DNA of 64,000 nucleotides from a virus (IMGVR_UViG_3300045988_167796:4032-68031), one strand, 5' to 3'; shown: positions 28,577-39,415, counted from the stretch's first letter. Notes: generated by a model from the letters alone, not told the origin. Made by a program: numbers and translations.

Positions 28577-30771
28577 TAAATGAGATTCTTTTAAGACGAA
28601 GAAATAAAGTAACATTATGTACAACATATGTTATTACAGAAGATCCGCATTATGAATATGTGTTTACGATTATGAAAAATGTGCAGAATCTTGGATATAC
28701 TTTTTCTAAGGAACTGATAGAAAAATTAGCATATATGGATGTACAAAGTATTAATAAATTTTATATTAATCTTATTTCTGCTTTAAAAGGACTTACTGGA
28801 GCAGATGTGCAATATGACCCATTTTATCCTAATTTTCCAGAACAAGTAATGGAAGCAAGTGATGTTGAATTGTTTATGAATGCAATTATACATTATTGGA
28901 GTAATGGACGTCTGTTGCCTGAATACGTAAAGGAAGAACGACTTCCACTATTTGATAATCCAGATCTGATTGTTCTTGAATTAGGAGAAAATAAAGAATT
29001 AGATGAAATATTAAATAATCTTATTTCATCTAAAACAAGTTTATCTGTTCAAGATAAGGAAGATATTGTTACAATTTTTAACGAATTTGGATTTACTATA
29101 AACGCACTTCCGGATGCAATTCCGTTTAAAGAAAACCTTGTAGTAATTGCTAAAATTGTGATTGAAAATACAAACGAAACATTATGGTATCCTATTTTGT
29201 CGAAATATTTTAAAACTGCGACGGATGTATTAAGACTCGCAACGGAGTTATCAGGCGGTGATACATCGCTTGCTGCGAATACAAAGTATATTTCGTTTAA
29301 AAGGCCAACCAGAGCGTTATTACTTATGCTTCTTGAGAATTGTAATAGTATTGAAGAAGATATGAAAAGGTACCAGATGAATTGGATTAAGTTAGGCGAG
29401 AAACTTCATCCTGGCGAATACAAACAATATATAAAGGTTAATACAGCATTTGATAAATTAAGAAACGGTGGTAAAATTGATACGTTCGCTTCAAAAGTAG
29501 AAGAATGCATTAAAACGAATAATATTAAAAGTGCTGTTGAAATATTAGAAAAAAGACCTGGGGAATTTGCAAGAAGACTTGATGTTTTATTGAGGTCAGG
29601 ATCGAGAAATAATTCGTATATAATTACAAAATTCTCAAATGTTGCAGAAAAAATTTCTATACCGGTATTATTACAGGTTAAAGAACATTTTGCATATAGA
29701 TGCAATGATTCTGATAGTAGAATATTCTTTCCAAAAGGAATGTTGACAAAAGGATATGTTATAAAAAATGAATTAGCTCCTATTGGCGATAATTTATGTG
29801 AAAGCGTAGTAAATATATGTGAAAGAGCAATTATTAACCAGCTTTCTGAAAAAGAAAATATTGGTAAAGTGTTTATTTCAAATTCTATGAAAGGATATTG
29901 TGTACCACAGAGTCAAAGAAGCGCGTCTTCTGGAAATAAAATCATTACTCGTGGCAGCAGACTTCCTATTAATAAAGATTTTGTTAGATTGTTTATAAGA
30001 TGGGAAAATGAAGTTCATGAGAACGGATATGAAGAGAGGACTGATGTTGATTTAAGTTGTTCGTTTTTAAATGAAAATTATCAGGAATTAAACACAGTGA
30101 CATATTATGACTTAAGAAATAATTATTCTTGTCATTCAGGAGATTACACTAATGCTCCAAGACCTAACGGTGCTTGTGAATTTATTGATATTGATATTAA
30201 ACAAGCAATAGAGAATGAAGCACGATATGCTGTTGTTCAGGTATATGGATATACTTATTCTAAATTCTGTAATTTAGATGGTTTATATGCAGGATGGATG
30301 GAAAGAAATGATTTAAATTCAGGAGAAGTATTTGAACCATCTACAGTACAAAATAAGATTGATTTAACAGGAAATACAATGTGTATGATTCCAATGGTAT
30401 TTGACTTGTTAAAAAAGGAAGTTGTATGGATGGATATGGCGCTGACTACTCAATTCTATTTTTCAAGAAATACTGCAAATAATATACACGGCGTAGCACT
30501 GTCAGTTAAAGGAATTGTAGAAGGACATAAGCCTCAAATGTATGATTTAATACAGATGAATGCAAAAGCACGAGGAACAATTACGGAAGATCGTAACGAC
30601 GCAGATATTATATTTGATACAGATACAACAAAACCTATAGAAAAGGTTATTGTGGAAGTTCAGAATGATAAAGGCGAGATTATAGAAACAAGAGTAGAAG
30701 AAAGAGTAAAAGAAGATGTAAATATTGTAACACCGTTTGATATAGATATTTTTATGGGAGATTTAATGTAA
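28573..30771 (+). CDS. large hypothetical protein (732 aa)
   Basis: ORF with ATGA overlap to the upstream gene. No motif recognised. Confidence 0.5.
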   Translation: MINEILLRRRNKVTLCTTYVITEDPHYEYVFTIMKNVQNLGYTFSKELIEKLAYMDVQSINKFYINLISALKGLTGADVQYDPFYPNFPEQVMEASDVELFMNAIIHYWSNGRLLPEYVKEERLPLFDNPDLIVLELGENKELDEILNNLISSKTSLSVQDKEDIVTIFNEFGFTINALPDAIPFKENLVVIAKIVIENTNETLWYPILSKYFKTATDVLRLATELSGGDTSLAANTKYISFKRPTRALLLMLLENCNSIEEDMKRYQMNWIKLGEKLHPGEYKQYIKVNTAFDKLRNGGKIDTFASKVEECIKTNNIKSAVEILEKRPGEFARRLDVLLRSGSRNNSYIITKFSNVAEKISIPVLLQVKEHFAYRCNDSDSRIFFPKGMLTKGYVIKNELAPIGDNLCESVVNICERAIINQLSEKENIGKVFISNSMKGYCVPQSQRSASSGNKIITRGSRLPINKDFVRLFIRWENEVHENGYEERTDVDLSCSFLNENYQELNTVTYYDLRNNYSCHSGDYTNAPRPNGACEFIDIDIKQAIENEARYAVVQVYGYTYSKFCNLDGLYAGWMERNDLNSGEVFEPSTVQNKIDLTGNTMCMIPMVFDLLKKEVVWMDMALTTQFYFSRNTANNIHGVALSVKGIVEGHKPQMYDLIQMNAKARGTITEDRNDADIIFDTDTTKPIEKVIVEVQNDKGEIIETRVEERVKEDVNIVTPFDIDIFMGDLM

Positions 30772-30781
30772 ATTAATAATA

Positions 30782-30795
30782 AATAATATTAAAAA
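30782..30795 (+). promoter_or_regulatory. AATAATATTAAAAA motif
   Basis: Upstream of 30812. Confidence 0.4.
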
Positions 30796-30811
30796 TAAAG
30801 GAGATATTATA

Positions 30812-33238
30812 GTGTCAGATCAGAGAGAAAGAGATTTAGTACTCAACCCTAATGAATACGCTTATGTTCTTGATAAAACAAAAGGACTTATTTCATGCGT
30901 TGTAGGCTCATACAAAATGAGCCTGTCAACTTCAGATGCTCTTGTTGTTTTTAATGAGAGAACAAAAAGATTTGAAGAAGCTAATTTCCAGGATGCCATC
31001 ACAACATTTGTATCTGCTCCGGAAAACTGGTATGTAACATTAAAAAATCCTGCAAAGGATAATGCACATCCTACAACCGGAACTTCAAACCAGCTGCCAG
31101 ATTTGCAGATTGGTAAAAAAGTAAATATTAAAGGTAATGTTTCATTTGCTTTGTATCCTGGACAGATGGCAAAAGTTATTCAGGGGCATAGATTGCATTC
31201 AAATCAGTATCTTTTGGCAAGAGTATATGATGCAGATGTTCTCCCTAAATCAGAGGATGGTAATGAATATTCTGTTGGTCAGCTTCTTGTGATTAAAGGA
31301 ACAGAAGTACCGTTTTATATTCCACCAACTGGTATTGAAGTATTGCCGGTAGAAAGAAAAGAAAATATGTATGTAAGAGATGCAGTAACTCTAGAAAGAC
31401 TTGAATATTGCATTCTTAAAGATGAACAAGGAAATAAGAAATATATTCATGGTCCAGCAGTTGTATTTCCAGAACCTGATGAAGTATTCGTAGAAAGTTC
31501 TAAAGGAAATTATATTTTTAAAGCAATTGAACTTTCTGAAATCAGCGGTATTTATGTAAAGGTAATTGCTGATTATAAAGATGATGGCAAGGAATACAAA
31601 GCAGGTGATGAACTATTTATTACAGGCAAGGATCAGATGATTTATTATCCACGCCCAGAACATGCAATTATTGATTATGAAGGAAAAGTAATTCATCATG
31701 CAATTGCAATCCCGGTAGGAGAAGGAAGATATGTGCTTGATCGAAAAACTGGTAATATTAAAACTGTTAAAGGTGCCAAGATGTATCTTCCAGATCCTAG
31801 AAATGAGGTAATTGTAAGAAGAAAACTTACAAAGAAACAGTGTGAATTATGGTATCCAGGGAATAATGAAGTTTTAAAATACAATACAGGGATTGATAAT
31901 ACACAGTTATACTATTGTGATTCTTCTGTATCAAGAAGTGTCCCAAGTATGTCTCTTACATCACTTTCATGCAATGTATCAATGGATGCTTTGGAAAATG
32001 GATTTATTGGTCAGGAAAATGCTATTGTAAATGAAGGTTTTTCAAGAGGAAATACATATAGTAAACCAAGAACAATTACGATTGATAATAAGTATGACGG
32101 AGTTGTCAGCATAGATATTTGGACGGGATACGCAGTAAATGTAGTATCTAAAAATGGAAATCGTAAAGTAGTTCTTGGACCTCAGACATATCTTATGGAT
32201 TATGATGAGACACTTGAAGTACTTGAGCTGTCTACAGGAAAACCAAAAACAACAGATCATTTATTTAAGACTGTATTTTTAAGAGTTGAAAACAATAAAA
32301 TTAGTGACATTATTAAAGTACAGACAAAAGATTTTGTTGAAGTTCAGGTTAAAGTATCTTACTGTGTAGATTTTCTTCCGGAATACCAGGATAAATGGTT
32401 TAATGTTGAAAACTATGTAAAATACATGACAGACCGGCAGAGATCTTTAATGAAACGAGAAGCTAAGAAGTATACAATTGAAGAATTTTATGAGAACGCA
32501 TCCGAAATTATTAGAAATGTCGCGCTTAATATTGATTCTGAAAATACAAGAGAAGAATCAGAAAGCAGCCATGGTACAGGAAGATTATTTAAAGAAAACG
32601 GAATGTTTGTTCGTGATGTAGAAGTTTTAAGTGTACATGTTGAAGAAGATGTAGAAGATATGATTAACGATCATTATCAGACAATGATGGAGAAAACACT
32701 TGAACTTTCTAATGTGAATAAAGAAATTGAAGTAATAAAACAGCTTACAGAAGCAGAAAAAACAAAAGCTGATTTAAAAAATCAGAGTGACATGTATAAG
32801 CTGGAATTAAAGAATCGATACGAAAAAGAAAGTATTGAAAAACGTGAAGCTATCAGAAGAATGGAAGAGCAGGCTGAAATTGATAAGAAAACTGCAGAAA
32901 AGAATTTACAGGAACTGAAAGATACGATTCAGAAAGCGGAATTAGCAAGAGAAAAAGAGAAAAATGATCTTGAACTTGCAAGGAAGAAAGAGATTGATAA
33001 TTTATCGATTACTAAACAGAAAGCATATACAGATGCTATTAAGAAAGTAATTGAATCCATTAGTCCTGATCTTATTGCTTCTATGACTTCTCAGTCAAAT
33101 GCAGAACTTCTTAAATCTGTATCTGAATCTATTAGCCCATATGCAATGGCTAGTGGTGAATCTGTTGCAGAATTTACAAATAAATTGCTGAGAGGTACAT
33201 CTCTTGAGGGTTTATTAAGCAAAGTTGTAAGTGAGTAA
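30812..33238 (+). CDS. large hypothetical protein (808 aa) with C-terminal coiled coil
   Basis: Motif plus SD upstream. C-terminal 200 aa are heptad-rich (KADLKNQSDMYKLELKNRYEKE...). Confidence 0.5.
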   Translation: MSDQRERDLVLNPNEYAYVLDKTKGLISCVVGSYKMSLSTSDALVVFNERTKRFEEANFQDAITTFVSAPENWYVTLKNPAKDNAHPTTGTSNQLPDLQIGKKVNIKGNVSFALYPGQMAKVIQGHRLHSNQYLLARVYDADVLPKSEDGNEYSVGQLLVIKGTEVPFYIPPTGIEVLPVERKENMYVRDAVTLERLEYCILKDEQGNKKYIHGPAVVFPEPDEVFVESSKGNYIFKAIELSEISGIYVKVIADYKDDGKEYKAGDELFITGKDQMIYYPRPEHAIIDYEGKVIHHAIAIPVGEGRYVLDRKTGNIKTVKGAKMYLPDPRNEVIVRRKLTKKQCELWYPGNNEVLKYNTGIDNTQLYYCDSSVSRSVPSMSLTSLSCNVSMDALENGFIGQENAIVNEGFSRGNTYSKPRTITIDNKYDGVVSIDIWTGYAVNVVSKNGNRKVVLGPQTYLMDYDETLEVLELSTGKPKTTDHLFKTVFLRVENNKISDIIKVQTKDFVEVQVKVSYCVDFLPEYQDKWFNVENYVKYMTDRQRSLMKREAKKYTIEEFYENASEIIRNVALNIDSENTREESESSHGTGRLFKENGMFVRDVEVLSVHVEEDVEDMINDHYQTMMEKTLELSNVNKEIEVIKQLTEAEKTKADLKNQSDMYKLELKNRYEKESIEKREAIRRMEEQAEIDKKTAEKNLQELKDTIQKAELAREKEKNDLELARKKEIDNLSITKQKAYTDAIKKVIESISPDLIASMTSQSNAELLKSVSESISPYAMASGESVAEFTNKLLRGTSLEGLLSKVVSE

Positions 33239-33245
33239 TGAATAA

Positions 33246-33276
33246 ATATGTGGGTGCGTTTTTAGCACCCGCATAT
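33246..33276 (+). terminator. terminator-like hairpin (atatgtgggtgc...gcacccgcatat)
   Basis: 12-bp near-perfect stem with a T-rich loop. Confidence 0.4.
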
Positions 33277-33315
33277 GAAAAAGGTTTCAATAATATATAA
33301 AAAAGGAGAACAAAT

Positions 33316-35376
33316 ATGGAATTTAAAGAGTTTCGTACAGCATTGCAGAAACATTTTAAAGAAATGTCAAAAGATGTAACAACACTATTTGAGGTATCTG
33401 TTGATAAAGATGAATTATGGAATTTATATCTTGATTCTTTCCCGGCCGGTACAAATGAGATTTATAGAGAAAGAAGAGAATATGATTGTAGTTGCTGCAG
33501 ACATTTTATTAAATCCTTCGGTAATGTTGTTACGATTAAAAATGGTGAAGTGCATACGATTTGGGAACTTAATTTGAACGATGGAGTATTTCAGGTAGTT
33601 TCTGATGCACTTAATAAATATATTCTCGATCATGTTGTGACTGATGTTTATCTTACAAAAGAAAGCAAGATTGGTACTGATTATAGTACAGAGCGAATTG
33701 AAGATAAAATTATTCGATACGATCACTTTTATCTGGAACTTCCAAGTAAATTTGTATTTAATAGGAGAGATACAATCGATACTATAAAGGGACAGTATCG
33801 TGATACAAAGAATGTATTTAAAAGATCTTTGGATGAAATTACAGAAGAGAGCGTGGAAACCGTTCTTGAGCTTATTTCTCAGAATTCCTTATATAAAGGG
33901 AAAGAATGGGAATCTGTGCTTCGCGAATTTTTGAAATATCAGAAGGAATACAATGCTATTTCAGAAAATAAAAAAGATTTATATGCCTGGGAAAAGTCTA
34001 TCTCTGCAGGTATGGTAATTGGCAGGATCAGAAATCATAGTATGGGTACATTGCTGGTAGATATTTCAGGAGGCATGGAACTTGATACTGCTGTAAAAAA
34101 ATACGAAGCAAAGGTTGCACCGGCTAATTATAAGCGTCCAAAAGCAATCTTTACAAAGAAGATGCTTGAAGATGCACAAAAAACAATTGCAGAGCTTGGT
34201 TATATGGATTCACTTAAGAGAAGATTTGCAACTCTTGACGATATTACAGTAAATAATATTTTGTTTGTGAATAGAGATTCTGCAAAAAGAGTTTCTGGAG
34301 CAATGGATTTATTTGCTGAAATGGAAAAAGATGTATCTTCTAAACCGAAAACATTTTCTAAAGTAGAAGAAATTGGAATTGAAGATTTTGTTAAGAATGT
34401 TCTTCCTATTGCAAAAGAAGTTGAAGCATATTTTGATAATACACATGTATCTAATATGGTTTCGTTAATCGCCCCGGAAGTTACTGATAGCAAAACAATG
34501 TTTAAATGGAATAATAATTTCAGTTGGGCTTATACCGGTAATATGACAGATAGCATGATGAAAGAAAGAGTGAAGGCTGCTGGTGGAAAAGTAGATGGTG
34601 TTTTAAGATTTTCTATTCAGTGGAATGACACATCTGAATACAGCAGAAACGATCTTGATGCTCATTGTCAGGAACCTGCTGGAGGCACACATATTTATTT
34701 TGGAAGTAATGCTAGAAAACCTGGTAGAAGTCGTTTAGGGGGACAGCTTGATGTAGATATTACAGGTCCAGTAAAAGGAGTCCCTGCAGTAGAGAATATT
34801 ACATGGCCTGATAGGAGTGAAATGGCGCCAGGTGTGTATAAATTCTGGGTTCATCAGTTTTCGAATAGAGGTGGAAGAGATGGATTTAGAGCTGAGATTG
34901 AATTTGATGGACAAATTTATTCTTTTGATTATGATAAGGAACTTCGTCAGGGCGAAAACGTAATGGTTGCAGAAGTTACATTGAGTAAAGATGGTAAATT
35001 TTCGATTAAAGAGTTGCTTCCTTCTACAACTTCCTCTAAAGAAGTATGGGGAATTAAAACAAATCAATTTATTCCTGTATCTGTGGTTTGTTATTCTCCT
35101 AATTATTGGGATGAACAGACTGGAATCGGTCACAAACATTATTTCTTTATGTTAAAAGATTGCGTGAATACAGAGCAGCCAAATGGTTATTATAATGAAT
35201 TCTTGAAGCCAGAACTTGAAAAACATAAGAGAGTATTTGAAGCTTTAGGAGCAAAAGCGCATGTTGCCGATGTTAATGATCAGCTTTCTGGTCTTGGATT
35301 TTCTTCTACAAAGAGAGCAGAATTGATTGTTAAGGTAAAAGGCGCTACTGAAAGAGTCGTAAAAATTAAATTTTAA
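33316..35376 (+). CDS. large hypothetical protein (686 aa)
   Basis: SD aaaaggagaac. No motif recognised. Confidence 0.5.
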   Translation: MEFKEFRTALQKHFKEMSKDVTTLFEVSVDKDELWNLYLDSFPAGTNEIYRERREYDCSCCRHFIKSFGNVVTIKNGEVHTIWELNLNDGVFQVVSDALNKYILDHVVTDVYLTKESKIGTDYSTERIEDKIIRYDHFYLELPSKFVFNRRDTIDTIKGQYRDTKNVFKRSLDEITEESVETVLELISQNSLYKGKEWESVLREFLKYQKEYNAISENKKDLYAWEKSISAGMVIGRIRNHSMGTLLVDISGGMELDTAVKKYEAKVAPANYKRPKAIFTKKMLEDAQKTIAELGYMDSLKRRFATLDDITVNNILFVNRDSAKRVSGAMDLFAEMEKDVSSKPKTFSKVEEIGIEDFVKNVLPIAKEVEAYFDNTHVSNMVSLIAPEVTDSKTMFKWNNNFSWAYTGNMTDSMMKERVKAAGGKVDGVLRFSIQWNDTSEYSRNDLDAHCQEPAGGTHIYFGSNARKPGRSRLGGQLDVDITGPVKGVPAVENITWPDRSEMAPGVYKFWVHQFSNRGGRDGFRAEIEFDGQIYSFDYDKELRQGENVMVAEVTLSKDGKFSIKELLPSTTSSKEVWGIKTNQFIPVSVVCYSPNYWDEQTGIGHKHYFFMLKDCVNTEQPNGYYNEFLKPELEKHKRVFEALGAKAHVADVNDQLSGLGFSSTKRAELIVKVKGATERVVKIKF

Positions 35377-35385
35377 TCAATGATA

Positions 35386-35399
35386 AATAATATTAAAAA
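35386..35399 (+). promoter_or_regulatory. AATAATATTAAAAA motif
   Basis: Upstream of 35411. Confidence 0.4.
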
Positions 35400-35410
35400 G
35401 GAGAAAACAA

Positions 35411-35791
35411 ATGGCAGAAAAGAATATTTTTGAAGTTGCAACAAAGTGTAAGTATCGTTTCCCGTACAAAGGAATGATTTCTGTGGAAGATCTTTGGACT
35501 TTAAATATGAAAGCTCTTGATGAAGTTTTCAAGGCTCTGAACGCAGAACTCAAAATTACAAATGAAGAGAGTTTATTAAGTGAAAAGTCTCCAGCGGATG
35601 AAGAAGTTGAAAATAAGATTGCAATCGTGAAGCATATTTATAATTGCAAAGTACAGGAACAGAACGAACGTCTTCTTGCAAATGAAAAGAGAAAACGTGA
35701 TCAGAAGATTATGTCTATCATTGCAAGAAAAGAAGATGCGGAACTTGAGAATATGAGCAAAGAAGATCTTCTGAAAATGTTAGGAGAGTAA
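35411..35791 (+). CDS. hypothetical protein
   Basis: Motif plus SD aaaggagaaaac. Confidence 0.45.
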   Translation: MAEKNIFEVATKCKYRFPYKGMISVEDLWTLNMKALDEVFKALNAELKITNEESLLSEKSPADEEVENKIAIVKHIYNCKVQEQNERLLANEKRKRDQKIMSIIARKEDAELENMSKEDLLKMLGE

Positions 35792-35792
35792 A

Positions 35793-36044
35793 ATGAGAAA
35801 AATTGATACCATTCAGCAGAATGAACAGAGAAGACAGAAGCTGGCTAATACAGCAGCTTCTGCAGTAAAAATTATTACTGATACTATTCAGAAGTTATCA
35901 AAGGTAAACGAAGAGATTGATACAGAAATTGAAACTATTGTAAGTCAGAAAAATGCTCTTGAAGCAACGATGAAACAGTATGTTGAGGCAAAAGAGCAGA
36001 ATACAAAAGTGATTGATAAGTTCAGAAGTTTTATTGAGGATTAA
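35793..36044 (+). CDS. hypothetical coiled-coil protein
   Basis: 83-aa ORF. Confidence 0.4.
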   Translation: MRKIDTIQQNEQRRQKLANTAASAVKIITDTIQKLSKVNEEIDTEIETIVSQKNALEATMKQYVEAKEQNTKVIDKFRSFIED

Positions 36045-36048
36045 AAAT

Positions 36049-36213
36049 ATGATGAACCCAGCATTATTAGTACTTATTGCAATTGGAGTGATCCTAATAT
36101 ATCTATTAGCATCATTTTTATATAGGCCAATTGGAAATTTCTTTTACAGAATTTTAAAAGACGCAGAAGAAGCAATTAAAGATGAAGAAGAGGAGAATAA
36201 CGAAGATGAGTAA
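36049..36213 (+). CDS. small membrane protein
   Basis: MMNPALLVLIAIGVILIYLL TM helix. Confidence 0.4.
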   Translation: MMNPALLVLIAIGVILIYLLASFLYRPIGNFFYRILKDAEEAIKDEEEENNEDE

Positions 36214-37165
36214 AAAAGGACATGGATTTTTAGGGGCAGTTGTGTTAGGAGTAGCAGTTATTGTTGGTGCATTTGTAGTGGCAAAATGTACTACGAGAGT
36301 ACCCGCTGGTTATATTGCAGTTCAGTATAACGTAAGTGGTGGTATTGAAGGAGATGTATTAGAACAGGGATGGCATTTTGTATCGCCTACAGTAAAAACA
36401 ACATTATATTCAATCGGTCTTGAGCAGTCTTATTTGACCGCAGAAGACAAGGGAGACTCTGAAAAAGATGAGAGTTTTAAAACTCCTACAGCTGATGGCA
36501 AACAGTTAACTGTCGATCTTGAATTCTCTTATAGATTTGATCAGGATGTAATCGCACAGACATTTACAAGATTTAAAGGTAAATCCGGAGAGTCTGTAAA
36601 AGATACATTTATTAAACCTAAGATGAAAGCATGGACTCAGGAAGTGACCGCTAAATATCCTGTAACAGATGTGTTTGGTGATAAGCGTCAGGAATTAAAT
36701 GAAGCTCTTGATGAGTACCTGAAAAAGAAATTTGAGCCATATGGAATTATTATTGATACTGTAAACTTTACAAATATTAGTACAGATGATGAAACATCTG
36801 CAGCAATTCAGAAGAAAGTAAACGCACAGCAAGAACAGGAGCTTGCAAACATTGAAGCTAAAACAGCAAAGATTAATGCTGAAAAAGAGAAAGAAGTAGC
36901 TTTGATTGCAGCTGAACAGGAAAAAGAAACAGCTCAGATCCAGGCAGAACAGGCTAAGATTAAAGCAGAAGGTCAGGCAGAAGCTACAAGAATTAAAGCA
37001 GATGCGGAAGCAGAAGCCGTTGCTAAAGTTGCTGGTGCTATGACTCAGGAATATATTGATTACACTGAGGCTCAGGCTTGGAATGGCCAGCTCCCAACCG
37101 TACAGGGATCTGCCGGAACTATTATTGATATGGGATCTGCAACACAGGAAGCTCAGGGAGAGTAA
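36206..37165 (+). CDS. SPFH / band-7 (prohibitin/HflK-like) domain protein
   Basis: N-terminal TM helix, SPFH core VPAGYIAVQYN...TADGKQLTVDLEFSYRF, and C-terminal Ala/Glu/Lys-rich coiled coil typical of HflK/C. Confidence 0.6.
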   Translation: MSKKGHGFLGAVVLGVAVIVGAFVVAKCTTRVPAGYIAVQYNVSGGIEGDVLEQGWHFVSPTVKTTLYSIGLEQSYLTAEDKGDSEKDESFKTPTADGKQLTVDLEFSYRFDQDVIAQTFTRFKGKSGESVKDTFIKPKMKAWTQEVTAKYPVTDVFGDKRQELNEALDEYLKKKFEPYGIIIDTVNFTNISTDDETSAAIQKKVNAQQEQELANIEAKTAKINAEKEKEVALIAAEQEKETAQIQAEQAKIKAEGQAEATRIKADAEAEAVAKVAGAMTQEYIDYTEAQAWNGQLPTVQGSAGTIIDMGSATQEAQGE

Positions 37166-37173
37166 ATAAAGAA

Positions 37174-37197
37174 AGAGGCGGTTTAAACGCCGCCTCT
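37174..37197 (+). terminator. GC-rich hairpin (agaggcgg...ccgcctct)
   Basis: 8-bp perfect GC-rich stem immediately after the SPFH gene. Confidence 0.4.
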
Positions 37198-37212
37198 ATA
37201 GAAAGGAAATGT

Positions 37213-37473
37213 ATGATTATGCTTTTATTAATATTATTGGTTGGATGGTTGATATCAATTGCTATATGGTGTGTAATGCATTTAAGTGATTGTTTCTATA
37301 AAATATTTAATGATTATGGATACGTTCCTGGTTCTTATGGTCCTTATTGGAAACCTAAAACAACGCAATTGTGTGCAATGGCATTTGCAGGCGGATGGAT
37401 GTTCTTTCCGTATTTTATATATCTTGTGTATAAGTATTTCACAACAAAAGATAAGGAGAAAAAAGAAAAATGA
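37213..37473 (+). CDS. small membrane protein
   Basis: Two hydrophobic segments. Confidence 0.4.
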   Translation: MIMLLLILLVGWLISIAIWCVMHLSDCFYKIFNDYGYVPGSYGPYWKPKTTQLCAMAFAGGWMFFPYFIYLVYKYFTTKDKEKKEK

Positions 37474-37709
37474 GATATTTACCAGATGTAATTAGAAGAA
37501 TTGAAATGGTAATTCCTCCTACACAAATGGAATTATTACATGCTTTAAGAGATAGGAAGAAAAGTGCAAGTTATGCTGCTCCAGAGATGCAGACGATGTG
37601 GTGGAATTTAACATACGAAACATTATGTGAGTATGTATTTAACGAAGATAAGTGGAAAGGGAATTATTGGCAAGAGGAGCTAAGGAAGATTTGGACAGGA
37701 GAAAAATAA
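37470..37709 (+). CDS. hypothetical protein
   Basis: 79-aa ORF with ATGA overlap. Confidence 0.4.
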   Translation: MRYLPDVIRRIEMVIPPTQMELLHALRDRKKSASYAAPEMQTMWWNLTYETLCEYVFNEDKWKGNYWQEELRKIWTGEK

Positions 37710-37724
37710 TGGAGGTAATGTAAA

Positions 37725-38087
37725 ATGAAACCAATTATTAATCCTTGGTGGATATATTTTGCTTCAAAAAGTGAATGTGTTGGGGAATTTTTACTTATGG
37801 TTTGTTTATGTGTGTTAATCGGAGCAATTGCCTGGACGTTAATCTATAGAATAGGTGAATGTGAAACATCTTGTCCTAAATGGTTGCTTATTATTGGAAT
37901 TGTAGGAACAATTATAGGTGGATTGCTGCCATCTGAAAAAACTATTTATACAATGATGACAGTAGAGCAGATTACTCCAAATAACATTGAAGCTGTGGGG
38001 AATACAGCACAGGATATCGTGGATTATATTGTGGATAAAATTGACGAAGTTATGAATAGCGATAATAAAGATAAAAAGGATGATTAA
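37725..38087 (+). CDS. membrane protein
   Basis: Two TM helices. SD ggaggtaatg. Confidence 0.4.
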   Translation: MKPIINPWWIYFASKSECVGEFLLMVCLCVLIGAIAWTLIYRIGECETSCPKWLLIIGIVGTIIGGLLPSEKTIYTMMTVEQITPNNIEAVGNTAQDIVDYIVDKIDEVMNSDNKDKKDD

Positions 38088-38089
38088 TT

Positions 38090-38854
38090 ATGCCGCCAAT
38101 TGAAAATTACGAAGTGTATACTGCCGGAATGGAAAAATCAATGGAAGATAAATTATTCTGGCTTGATAAAATTCCAAAAGAAGAGTATTCCACTGTAATT
38201 GATTATGGATGTGCAGACGGGATATTCTTAAAAAAAGTAAGAGAGTATAATCATGATTGTTTTTTATGTGGTATAGATATTGATGACTGGATGTTGCAGG
38301 AAGCGAGAAAGAAAGTAGGATCTAACGCTGTATTTATGCATGAGGGTATGCTATCACAACCATCACATCTTACCGGAGATGTATTGAATTTGTCTTCTGT
38401 GCTGCATGAGATTTATTCGTATAAAACAAATAGAGAAATCTGTAAATTTTGGGATTATGTTCGTGGACATAAATATGTATGTATTAGAGATATGTGTTAT
38501 GACAGTAAAAGATTATATGATATGTATGTGTCTGAATTGCAGTATAAAGACGATGCTGAAAAGCAGAGGAGAACAGAGTTTGAAAGTATTTGGGGAAAGA
38601 TAGATGATCCGTTAGCGTTTGTACATTATATGCTTAAGTATAGATATGTTGAAAACTGGGATAGAGAAGTAAAGGAAAACTATTTAAGTATAGACGTAGA
38701 TTTATTACACTATTGCGCTGATCAATTTCATTATGACATAGTATATGAAGATCACTACACATTACCATTTCTAAAAGAACAAGTAGAAAAAGATTGGGGA
38801 TATGAACTAACAGTTCCTACACACATTAAAATGATTTGGAAAAGGAAAGATTGA
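38090..38854 (+). CDS. class I SAM-dependent methyltransferase
   Basis: Motif I VIDYGCADG and motif II-like CGIDID. Confidence 0.5.
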   Translation: MPPIENYEVYTAGMEKSMEDKLFWLDKIPKEEYSTVIDYGCADGIFLKKVREYNHDCFLCGIDIDDWMLQEARKKVGSNAVFMHEGMLSQPSHLTGDVLNLSSVLHEIYSYKTNREICKFWDYVRGHKYVCIRDMCYDSKRLYDMYVSELQYKDDAEKQRRTEFESIWGKIDDPLAFVHYMLKYRYVENWDREVKENYLSIDVDLLHYCADQFHYDIVYEDHYTLPFLKEQVEKDWGYELTVPTHIKMIWKRKD

Positions 38855-38857
38855 TAT

Positions 38858-39415
38858 ATGAATTATTTTATTTCTGATTTACATTTAGGACATAAAAATG
38901 CTTTATCTTTTGATAATCGTCCATTTAAAGATATTGATGAGAATAATTCTGCAATTATTGCAAGTTGGAATTCAGTTGTTGGAATAGATGATGACGTATA
39001 TATTTTAGGTGATATTAGTTGGTATAACTCTACTAAAACAATAGAAATTATGAAGTCTCTTAACGGAAGGAAACATCTTATTAAAGGGAACCATGACAGT
39101 AAATTACTTAAGAATAGAGAACTGCAGAAAGAATTTGTAGAAATAACCGATTATAAAGAACTATGTATTGATAAAGATAAATCTATAGTACTTTGTCACT
39201 ATCCGATACCGTGTTTTAAAAATCATTATTATGGATGGTATCATTTCTATGGACATGTTCATAGTAGCTTTGAGTGGAATATGATGGAACGTATTAAGTA
39301 CGAAATGAAAGAATTATATGATAAACCATGTGAAATGTACAATGTAGGCTGCATGATGCCTTACATGGGTTATAAACCAAGAACATTAGAAGAAATTATT
39401 GGAGGAAATAAATGA
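38858..39415 (+). CDS. calcineurin-like metallophosphoesterase
   Basis: DLHLGH, YILGD, KGNHD and LCHYP metal-binding motifs. Confidence 0.65.
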   Translation: MNYFISDLHLGHKNALSFDNRPFKDIDENNSAIIASWNSVVGIDDDVYILGDISWYNSTKTIEIMKSLNGRKHLIKGNHDSKLLKNRELQKEFVEITDYKELCIDKDKSIVLCHYPIPCFKNHYYGWYHFYGHVHSSFEWNMMERIKYEMKELYDKPCEMYNVGCMMPYMGYKPRTLEEIIGGNK

